32,000 nucleotides of DNA. Origin: Candidatus Saccharimonadota bacterium (GTDB taxonomy: Bacteria; Patescibacteriota; Gracilibacteria; Absconditabacterales; Absconditicoccaceae). The DNA is taken from assembly GCA_000503875.1 (NCBI GenBank), contig CP006913.1, positions 390,001 through 422,000 of the forward strand, written 5' to 3'. A program made the translations under genes and the position numbers. This document shows, piece after piece, positions 9,962 to 18,656 of the stretch (position 1 is the first letter of the stretch; each line of letters opens with the position of its first letter). Below the pieces are notes generated by a model. That model made no database searches and was not told the DNA's origin. It was given only the letters and a program-made list of their open reading frames with translations.

Positions 9962-11167
9962 ATGAAACAGAAAATGACTTTCAAAAATCTAGAAAAAAAT
10001 ATATTTGTTGTTGGGATATTGTTTTTTTGAATAATAGGTGTCATTTTTGCTATAAATACTCAGAATGAATGATGGAGAATTACTAAAAGTGGTAGCTCAG
10101 CAACAGTTAATGTCCATAATGAATGTCGCGTTGTTACAAATAACCGTACAGATAATGATATTTTTGTACCAACAAGTTCAAGCGCAGAATGGCTATCTTT
10201 TAGAAATAATTTACCAACTAATGTTATTTTAGCTGAATGTGCAACTTGTTGATCTGCAAATTGATGAAGTTTTTCTCATCTTTTACCAACTGCTTCAACA
10301 CTTTGTCCCTCAGGAGTGACAGCAACTAATTTTCAATATCACGAGGGAATGATGGCAAAAGCCACTATATTTGGTGCAGTATATGCTGATTATATTGATG
10401 GTTATCGAGATTGGAATTGTGGTATATCTTATTGTTTTGCAAGTCATACGGTTGCCGGAGATCCTCCGACAAGTTATACATGTTCAGAGTCAGATTCAGC
10501 TTGTAGTTTATATTTTTCTGATACATGTTATAATACAAATACCATATGAGCAACCATCTGTGGTGTCGGAAATCATAAGGCAACATGTACCAGTGCATGA
10601 TGGGATGATGGGGGATGGTGTAGTGCGACATGTTTTGTAGAAAACACTCCTGTATTAATAATGGATGGATCTCATAAAAATATACAAGATGTTATTATTG
10701 GTGATATATTATTAGGTAAAGATAACACACCAAATAAGGTTATTGATTATTATCGTCCTATATTATGAGCAAGAAAATTGTACAGTATAAATAATGGTTT
10801 ATATTTTGTAACTCCAGAGCATCCATTTATGACGCTATGATGATGGAAATCTATAAATCCAGAAGCAACTCAAAGAGAAATGCCTAATTTCGAAATACTA
10901 CCCCTTAAAGTAGGTGATATATTGGTTAAAGAAAATGGAGAATCAGAATATATACGAACAATGTCATCAATATCAGTAGATCCAGAAACTCAATTATATA
11001 ATTTTAAATTAGATGGAAATAATACTTATTATGCAAATGGATACTTAGTACATAATAAATCACAGTGTCTCACTAATTCCGATTGTTCATCTGTTGGAGT
11101 TGGTTCTTGTTGTAATAACGGAACTTGTACAATACTTGTCAATTGAGTACGACCGACATGTAATTAA
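9962..11167 (+). CDS. secreted cysteine-rich protein (401 aa) with a Hint domain and a 36-aa Cys-rich C-terminal tail
   Basis: ATG 9962 to TAA 11165-11167, one frame with TGA = Gly. N-terminal TM/signal NIFVVGILFFGIIGVIFAI. Motif DIFVPTSSSAEWLSFRNNLP. Hint domain. Tail KSQCLTNSDCSSVGVGSCCNNGTCTILVNGVRPTCN. Confidence 0.85.
10631..11056 (+). other. Hint domain 3 (142 aa)
   Basis: CFVENTPVLIMDG ... VTPEHPFMT ... YYANGYLVHN. About 80% identical to Hint 1 at DNA level by eye (for example EMPNFEILPLKVGDIL is shared). Confidence 0.8.
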
Positions 11168-11575
11168 ATAAGTATCAATAAGAAAAGTGATTTTATATTT
11201 TATAAAACCATGAAGAAAAGTATACTGATTATAATTATATTGGTAGTTTTTTCATGAGTTGGTTTATTATTAGCAGCAAACCAATGATATTTTTGATATT
11301 GAGTGTCAAATACATTATCGGTAGCAAAATTAAATCAATCAGCAGGTTCAGCTGGAGCCGTATCTACATCAGTTTCCAAAGTAGAAGAGCATGGTATATG
11401 TAAAACAATAACTTCTACCAACACTAAACTTCTTTTTGTTCCTACAAAAACTGCAACAGAACGATCAACTTTTATAACAAAAAAACCAAATCATATAATA
11501 CTTGGTTCATGTGGATGTACAACGAATTCTGATTGTAGTGTTTGAAGTATATGTTCATGATATGTTGCTGGGGCA
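11166..11575. repeat. copy A of a ~410-bp duplicated module (upstream region plus first ~120 codons)
   Basis: aaataagtatcaataagaaaag... through ...tgttcatgatatgttgctgg matches 12150-12560 with scattered substitutions. Confidence 0.8.
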
Positions 11576-12052
11576 TGATATTGTGATGGAGAATTTGTAT
11601 ACAATAGTCCTGCATATTGTCAGAACGATTGTCGTGATGGACCTACTTGTGATCCTTGTACTGGAGTGACAAATCAGTGGGATTGCGAATCACAAACTCA
11701 GTGAGATCCTTGATATGAGTTTCAAGCTTGTTCTCGAATACCTGAGCAACCATGATGAACAGCTTATTGTGGTCAAGAATTTAGAACCCAAAGTGAATGT
11801 AATACTGCTCCTTCTGAATGTACTTGGGTAAATTGAACAGCAACACCATGAACGTGTGTTGCTCCAGTTGCTGTTTGTTGAAATGGTATAATTGAAGGTA
11901 CAGAACAGTGTGATGAACCAGCAAATATGTGAGATATGACTTCTTGTTCACGGACAGAAAATCTTCAACAGAAATGTAGCTCATGTCATTGTCAAACAAC
12001 CTGTCAGTCATATATAGATCCTAATGCTTGAAGAGTAGTTTGTTCAATGTAG
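11210..12052 (+). CDS. secreted cysteine-rich protein (280 aa), a Hint-less member of the family
   Basis: ATG 11210 to TAG 12050-12052 with 16 in-frame TGA (hand count). Signal/TM SILIIIILVVFSGVGLLLAA. Conserved ICKTITSTNTKLLFVPTKTATERSTF, CGCTTNSDCSVGSICSGYVAG and CGNGIIEGTEQCD motifs. Confidence 0.8.
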
Positions 12053-12106
12053 TCTATATTAGAATAGTAAATAATGATATTTGAAAAGATATATTTTATA
12101 AAGAAA

Positions 12107-12134
12107 GGCCTCTATGAAAATAGAGGTTTTTTTC
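12107..12134 (+). terminator. rho-independent terminator
   Basis: cctcta (12109-12114) pairs with tagagg (12121-12126), followed by a run of 7 T. Confidence 0.7.
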
Positions 12135-12149
12135 TTGATTGTAAAATTG

Positions 12150-12560
12150 AAATAAGTATCAATAAAAAAGGTAATTTTATATGTAATTAAATTATGAAAA
12201 AAAACTTATTAGCCATAATACTATTGATAATTTTTTCATGAGTCGGTTTATTGCTAGCAGCAAATCAATGATATTTTTGATATTGAGTATCAAGTACATT
12301 ATCGATAGCAAAATTAAATCAATCAGCAGGTTCAGCCGCAGCAATATCTACTACAATCCCAAAAATAGAAGAGCATGGTATATGTAAAACAATAACTTCT
12401 ACTGACACTAAACTTCTTTTTGTTCCTACAAAAACGGCAACAGAACGATCAACTTTTATCACAAACAAGCCAAGTCATATAACGCTTGGTACCTGTGGAT
12501 GTACAACAAATGCTGATTGTACTGTAGGACAAATTTGTTCATGATATGTTGCTGGAGCAA
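12150..12560. repeat. copy B of the ~410-bp duplicated module
   Basis: See copy A. The junction motif tttttttcttgattg(t/c)aaaa also recurs after both terminators (12127-12148 and 13821-13842). Confidence 0.8.
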
Positions 12561-13777
12561 ATTCTTGTCAAGGATCTTATGAATCAACATCTTTTTGGTG
12601 TGTATGAAAATCAATTCCTGATAGTTCTCCTCCATACGTTTGTATGAAGTCAGGTGAACCTTATCAATTAGTTCCAGCAGATTGATGTCCATCAGGTCGA
12701 AGTTTATGATTTATTCAATGATGATCTATTCTGTCTGTATCAGAAACTCTATGTCAGATTATAGACCAAACTGATTTTCAATTACCTAATTGTGAGTATA
12801 AATGTAATACATATACAACATCATCTACTTGTAATGCTAATTCATCATATTGTGATTGGGTATCAAGAAATAACTCATTATCTTGTTCTTCATTTAACCA
12901 AACAACATGTCAATCAACAAATGGTTGTGATTGGGTACCTTGAACACCAGTAACATTAGGAACTTGTACAACTCAAATATGTGGTAATGATATTAAAGAA
13001 TGAACAGAATTGTGTGATGGTTATGATCTTCAAATACCGTGTACTACGACTTTATGAAAAGTTTGAACAAAATACTGTAATAGTACCTGTAATTGATATA
13101 CTACTTGTGTAGCAGATCCAACACCACCATCATGATCAACTTGTGTCCCTAAAAATTGTTTTATAGCTGATACAAAAATTAAACTAGCTGACGGTAGCAC
13201 AAAGCCAATTCAAGAAATAACAACAAAAGATATCGTATATAGTGTATCATGAAAAAAGAATAAAGTAATATGAACATCAAAAAGATTGGATACGACACCA
13301 CTTTATGCATTTAACAATAGTAATCATTATTTTGTAACAGAGGCACATCCGTTTCTTACATTAGATGGATGGAAATCACTAAATCCAGACGCAACAAATC
13401 AAGAAAATCCATGATTGATGGTAACTAAATTATCTATATGAGATATATTAATCACAGAAAAATGAACTACCACATTATTTGCTATCGATTCTATCCCAAA
13501 CAAACAAGGAACATATGTATACAATATTACTGTAGAAAACACCCATGATTATTATGCTGATTGATATGCTGTTCATAATAAATTACAATGTTTAGATATT
13601 GGCTTATATCCATGTGATGGTTGAATGTATTGTGCTGATAATGCATCTCAATGTGAACAATGTCCTGTTGGACTATGTGATCCATGTACTAGTACTTCTC
13701 AATGTCCTGTAGATAGTTATTGTCATTCTATAAATAAAATGTGTCGACCGAGTAGCTGACCAGTTTGTGCATTATAA
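12194..13777 (+). CDS. secreted cysteine-rich protein (527 aa) with a Hint domain and a 65-aa Cys-rich C-terminal tail
   Basis: ATG 12194 to TAA 13775-13777, one frame with TGA = Gly. The first ~120 aa are near-identical to the 11210 gene. Contains a CGNDIKEGTELCD motif, a Hint domain and the tail KLQCLDIGLYPCDGGMYCADNASQCEQCPVGLCDPCTSTSQCPVDSYCHSINKMCRPSSGPVCAL. Confidence 0.85.
13157..13579 (+). other. Hint domain 4 (141 aa)
   Basis: CFIADTKIKLADG ... VTEAHPFLT ... YYADGYAVHN, followed by Lys. Confidence 0.8.
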
Positions 13778-13797
13778 TAAAATATAAAATTTTAAAG

Positions 13798-13828
13798 AAA
13801 AAAACCTAGCAATTATTAGGTTTTTTTC
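13798..13828 (+). terminator. rho-independent terminator
   Basis: aaaaccta (13801-13808) pairs with taggtttt (13817-13824), running into a T-run. Confidence 0.65.
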
Positions 13829-13888
13829 TTGATTGCAAAACAGGAATAACTATCCTAAATACAATTTTTATTTTTTCGTTAAAAGTAT

Positions 13889-14947
13889 ATGTTCAAAAAA
13901 TTAATTCTGATTTTAAATATATGAATATTGTTTTTTTCTTTTGGTTTTGCTTACAAAGAACTCATTATCCAAAATATCGATAAAAAACCAGTGAGAGTTA
14001 TTAAAGTAATTTTGGATGGGCAACATTATGTAGTAAGTTCTGTAGCAGAGGATGGGGGAGCAACGCTTCAAGAACTTACCAAAAAAGTTGGTGGGGATAC
14101 TGCCGTCAATGGAACGTTCTTTTGTCCCGATGATTATAGTTCTTGTGGAGGGACGACTCATACAAATTCAGAAAGAATTTATCTATGAGATGGGGCGTCT
14201 TGGAGCAGACATCGACCTGATACAAGTATCAGAATGGTGTTCTGATTTGATAAAGATTGAAATTCTGCATTTGTTCAAAATAATATGGGAAAATTGATCG
14301 ATGCCTGATTATGGATCAAACCAGATCAAAAGAAATTAGAATCATTACAATTTTGAATAGGATGATTTCCTGCTTTTCTTCTTGAAGGTGAGGATGTCGT
14401 AGAGTGATATAATGCATATCTTGATACCAAAATGAATACTGCAGGCAATAAAACATTTATTTGTTCAACAGAAGATTGATCTACAATTTATATGTGAGTT
14501 GTATGATGAATAAACATTCCCCAGATGCCGGCATATCTCAAAAAAAACTTTGATTGTCGAAATGCACTCAATCTTGATGCAGGAAATAGTATAGGTATGA
14601 TATATTCCGGGTTTGTTCTTGATCAGAGTAATAGAACGAGAATTATGGATGCTTTTGTTGTATTAACGAGAGAACAATATATCAATCTTACAAGAATAAC
14701 TCCATCAAATAAAACACCTTATGATGCAGAAGAACAATATCAACTTACCGAAAAAGATCAGCAAAAGGTCAAAACTATTTACAATGCATTACAGCCGTTT
14801 ATTATACAAAATGGAACAAAACAAAAACGAAGCTTTATTTCATTGCTTCGTTCAGCAGTTACTGCTCCAAAAATCGTTGCAGATCCACAAAAATTAGCAA
14901 TTATCAAAGATTTGCTCTGGAGATTCTTTGTCATTTGAGAGTTATAA
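13889..14947 (+). CDS. probable phosphodiester glycosidase family (DUF2233/NAGPA-like) exported protein, 352 aa
   Basis: ATG 13889 to TAA 14945-14947, one frame with about 13 TGA (walked by hand). N-terminal hydrophobic segment. Motifs AVNGTFF and ALNLDAGNS resemble the NGGFF ... NLDGGGS signature of that family. The assignment is from memory. Confidence 0.5.
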
Positions 14948-14949
14948 AA

Positions 14950-14973
14950 AAAGCCCACTTGGGGCTTTTTTCT
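14950..14973. terminator. bidirectional terminator between the DUF2233-like gene and nusA
   Basis: aaaaaa-agccc-acttg-gggct-tttttt, with an A-run and T-run on either side. Confidence 0.65.
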
Positions 14974-14989
14974 TATTATTTGATTATTA

Positions 14990-16027
14990 CTATCTAATTT
15001 CAATTGCATATCCTGTAAGTTGACCGGCTAATTTTACATTTGATGCTCACTTTCCAATAGCTAATGGTTTTTGAGATTCATCCATAGTAACAATAGCTTT
15101 CTTATCTTTGATTTCTATAGTATCTACATGTGCTGGTTTGAGACAATTTTTGATCATCTGTTTACTATCTCCATTGTTTTCTACAAAATCGATTTTTTCA
15201 CCATCAAGAAGTGATAAGACGGTATTGATTCTATCTCCCTTACTTCCTACCATTACTCCTACTGGATCGATTTTCTCATCAGTTGATGATACGACAATTT
15301 TGGTTTTCAAACCAGGAATTCTTGCCATTTTTTCTATTTTAATAATTCATTCTTCAAGTTCTGGTACTATTTTTCTTAGGATTGCTTCGATATATTCAGT
15401 ACTTGTCTGAGTAATTTCCAATACGATTCCACCTTGTCCTTTAGAAATTTGCTTCAAAAGTACGAAAATTTCTTCACCTGGTTCATATGATCTATTTGGA
15501 ATTTGTCCTTCAGCACCAAGAACCACAGCTGTTCCTTCAATATCTAAGATTACGCTATCAGCATGTACTCTGATAACTCTTGCTTTGAGAAGTTCTCATT
15601 GTTTGTTTTGGAATTTTTCGTAGAATCTTTCTCTTTCGATATTTTTGAGGTTTTGCTTGATTGTTTGAGCAGCAGCTTGTGAAGCAATTCTAGAAAGTTC
15701 AAGTCTTTCAGGAGTTACATTGATCAAAATAGCTTCTCCTACTTCCACATCTTTTCTAATTTTTTTAGCTTCTTTAAGGATAATTTGCAATTCTGGATCT
15801 TCTATTTCGCTTTCCTTATTTACTACGATCAATTCTTTGTATATAGTTACTGTTCCATCATTTTCGATATTTACAATAATTTGTGATTTTTTAAATTCAG
15901 GAAAATCTTTTTTGAAACCAGATTTAATTCCTAATTTTACGATTTCTAATACGCTATACGGATCGAATTTATAATCATCTACAAGTTGCATAATAGCTGC
16001 TTGGATACTTTTACCATCTAATCTCAT
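14990..16027 (-). CDS. nusA: transcription termination/antitermination factor NusA (345 aa)
   Basis: ATG at 16025-16027, TAG at 14990-14992, three in-frame TGA. S1 and KH regions align to E. coli NusA from memory (KIDPVGVMVGSKGDRINTV; AIGK-G-ASNVKLAGQLTGY, where TGA 15047-15049 sits on the conserved Gly of GxxG). Confidence 0.9.
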
Positions 16028-16054
16028 GGTTTTTTGTTTAGGTATAAAAGACTA

Positions 16055-16082
16055 CAAAAAAATAAGGATAAGCTTATCCTTA
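16055..16082 (-). terminator. perfect 20-nt palindrome (taaggataagcttatcctta) with a flanking A-run. It is a terminator/attenuator-like hairpin in the nusA leader region.
   Basis: 16063-16082 is self-complementary. On the minus strand it is followed by a U-run (A-run 16055-16062 on plus). Function uncertain. Confidence 0.35.
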
Positions 16083-16223
16083 TACTGCGATGATAGATAT
16101 TTCAATGAGCTTTTCAATGGGAAATATAATGAAATAATCTACTTCCAATTGAAAAAACCTATCAAATAATTAATCATTAATTGTTAATTCATAATATAAA
16201 GATATTAATGTTTATTTTTTATT

Positions 16224-16354
16224 GTTACTTTTTGCTCCCAGGTCAAAAAGTAACCAAAAACCCCTCGTGAGCTGTTACATTTTCTTAACGGTAGAAAATA
16301 TAAACAAATTCGACTCCATATATTTTCTTTACCTAAAAATGTAAGCGCTCACCT
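16224..16354. repeat. left copy (131 nt) of the inverted repeat bracketing gltX; itself a multi-hairpin element
   Basis: Its reverse complement matches 18083-18186 plus 18254-18280 with 3 mismatches. Internal hairpins: gttacttttt/aaaaagtaac (16224-16254) and gtgagc.gttacatttt ... aaaatgtaa..gctcac enclosing ggtagaaaatata/tatattttct.tacc. Confidence 0.9.
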
Positions 16355-16380
16355 TTAATTTTAAATCATTAATTAAACTT

Positions 16381-18024
16381 ATGACTACTCGAAAAGAAAT
16401 TGCAGACAAGATATTCCCAAATGTAACAGAAACTATTCAAGATCTCGAAAAGAAATATCCAACAAGACAAAACCCTATTTGTTCGCGTTTTGCACCAAGT
16501 CCAACAGGATTTTTGCATATTGGAAGCGTATTCGCCTCATTCGTAGAACAAAGATTTGCTAAACAATATGGTGGAACTTTTTTGTTGAGAATAGAAGATA
16601 CAGATCAAAAAAGAGAAATTCCAGGAGCTGTTGATCTGATTATTGATTGATTAAAATTTTTTGGTATTGAAATAGATGAAGGTCCCTTAGGAGCAAATAA
16701 TGCCGATATAGGAAATTATGGGCCATATATACAATCTCATAGAAAATCTATTTATCAGGTATTTGTAAAAACATTGATAGAACAAGGAGTAGCATATCCA
16801 TGTTGGATGTCTGAAACAGAATTAGAAGAAATTAGAACACAACAAACAACGCTCAAAGTTACCCCTGGAATCTATGGAAATTATTCCTTATGGAGAAATA
16901 AAACACCAGAAGAAATTATGCAGAAATTACAAGAAGATCCTAATTTTGTCCTAAGATTTCGTTCTCATGGAGATTTTAGTCAAAGATGTCTTTTTGATGA
17001 TGTGATCAAGGGCAAAATCAATATGATCGATAATTATAATGATATTGTTCTTATTAAATCAGATGGCTTACCAACCTATCATTTAGCGCATATTGCTGAT
17101 GATCATTTGATGAGAACTTCTCATGTTATTAGAGGGGACGAATGGCTTACTTCTGTGCCTTTACATATTCAATTATTCAAAGCATTTAACCTTCCACATC
17201 CGCAATATTGTCATGTAGCCCCTTTACTCAAAATTGATGAAGAAGGAAATAAGAGAAAACTTTCCAAAAGAAAGGATCCAGAGGCTGATGTTGCTTATTT
17301 TTTTGAAAGTGGATATGCACCAGAAGGTATTATGGATTACTTGCTGACTATCATAGATCCAGCATATGAAGAACGACAAAAGGCAAATCCAGATAAAAAC
17401 TATCTCGATTTCGAAGTAAAAATTGAACATATGAATACCTCAGGAGCCTTATTCGATTTTGTAAAGCTGCAAAGCATGAATAATGCCTATCTTTCCAAAA
17501 TTTCAACAGATGAACTCTATAGTCAAAGCCTTATTCGAGCTAAAAAATACAGGCCATACCTAGCAGATCTTATGCAAAGTGACGTTGATTATACCAAGGC
17601 AGCGCTCAATATAGAAAGACATACCGAGAAAGATCCAAAGAGATTTACTACGTTTCAAGACGTAGAATCGCAAATTCTCTTCTTTTATGATGAGGAATGG
17701 GAAAAACTCCTTCCAACCAAGCCAACACTTCCAGAAATGTGTACAGCTGATAGTATGAAGCCATTTATCGACGAATATAAACAACAATTAAATCTGGATA
17801 TGTCACTCGAAGATCGATTTACTCAACTTAAAGAAGTTGGAAAACGTCACGGATTTGCTTCCAACAACGCAGAATTCAAAGAATGATGATATGTCGGGAA
17901 GGTCGGGGACCTTGCTATGTTTATGAGAATACAACTTTGCTGTACAGCAAAGACCCCCGACCTTTACTCAGTTATGAAGGTTCTGGGAAAAGATAGAGTA
18001 ATTGAGAGATTAGGAAGATTATAA
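16381..18024 (+). CDS. gltX: glutamyl-tRNA synthetase (547 aa)
   Basis: ATG 16381 to TAA 18022-18024, with three TGA (16648, 17884, 17887). Class I motifs RFAPSPTGFLHIGS (HIGH) and KLSKRK (KMSKS). TGA 16648-16650 aligns with Gly in the E. coli segment IMDGMNWL. Confidence 0.9.
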
Positions 18025-18082
18025 AATATTATATCAATAAAAAATTATTCAAAGTCGATAGCGCAAATCTAAACCAATAAAT

Positions 18083-18280
18083 AGGTGAGCGTTTACATTT
18101 TTAGGTGAAGAAAATATATGGAGTCGAATTTGTTTATATTTTCTACCGTTAAGAAAATGTAACAGCTCACGAGGGGCTTTTGGTTATACTCGAACACCCA
18201 AAGAATCTTTAAAGAACTTGCTTTGGGATGTGAGAGGTGTATGCTTTAGTATACTTTTTGACCTGGGAGCAAAAAGTAAC
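18083..18280. repeat. right copy (198 nt) of the gltX-bracketing inverted repeat, carrying a 67-nt extra segment
   Basis: See the left copy. The extra segment 18187-18253 is flanked by the direct repeat tatact (18185-18190 and 18250-18255) and has its own hairpin cccaaag/ctttggg. Confidence 0.9.
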
Positions 18281-18314
18281 GTAGAGAAAAAATATATTTT
18301 TCTATTTTTTTTGT

Positions 18315-18560
18315 TAAAAAAAATCGCTAATCGAAACGACTAGCGATCCAAATGAGCGCTAGGTGCTGGTTTTATCAAACCAATCTGAATACAGATATAA
18401 CCTAATTCTCATTTATTTCTATCTGCCTCCGTTTGGTACAGATGCTAGATAGGGTGTTTTAGGAGGAAATACACTCCAACATAGCACCTAATCGCAGGTA
18501 TTCATGTGTAGTGAAGCCTTTGCTAAGTTAACTATGTTGTTTTAATTATATCCAGAACCA
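18315..18560 (-). ncRNA. candidate structured small RNA of unknown class (about 200-240 nt)
   Basis: Non-coding gap. On the minus strand it ends in ggatcgcta-gtcgtttcgat-tagcgat followed by a U-run (plus 18322-18350), a good intrinsic terminator. A long-range 12-bp helix pairs gcgctaggtgct (18356-18367) with agcacctaatcgc (18482-18494) and encloses small hairpins (atctg-aata-cagat; ggttt-tatc-aaacc). The 5' end and the strand are not certain. Confidence 0.4.
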
Positions 18561-18621
18561 AAAAATTTACCAAAAAAGAGTATCTAGGACTATAAAATGA
18601 GGTTGACATTTTTTTAAAAAC

Positions 18622-18654
18622 AAAAAAAACTCGACATCCTATAAGGAGCGAGTT
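18622..18654 (-). terminator. possible terminator of the 327-aa gene
   Basis: Stem aactcg (18628-18633) pairs with cgagtt (18649-18654) across a 15-nt loop, with a U-run on the minus strand (A-run 18622-18629). Confidence 0.4.
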
Positions 18655-18656
18655 TA

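Noticed and set aside
8974-13579. The Hint domains as true protein-splicing inteins.
   Set aside because: The residue after the terminal HN is Lys or Val rather than Cys/Ser/Thr. The flanks are variable Cys-rich sequence rather than a conserved host-protein active site, and no homing-endonuclease insert is present. They fit cleavage-type BIL or releasing Hint domains better.
16224-18280. The gltX-flanking inverted repeats as ends of a composite transposon or an active invertible switch.
   Set aside because: No transposase, integrase or invertase gene lies inside or next to the repeats. The cargo is an essential code-25-native gene. This is kept as a finding only as an unexplained structure, not called a mobile element.
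18503-18517. A 14-nt motif tgtgtagtgaagcc shared between the ncRNA candidate (18503-18516) and the start of the sRNA candidate (23154-23167), suggesting an sRNA family.
   Set aside because: In a 32-kb window compared against itself on both strands, a handful of exact 13-14-mers are expected by chance. The flanks do not align, so I do not treat it as evidence of homology.
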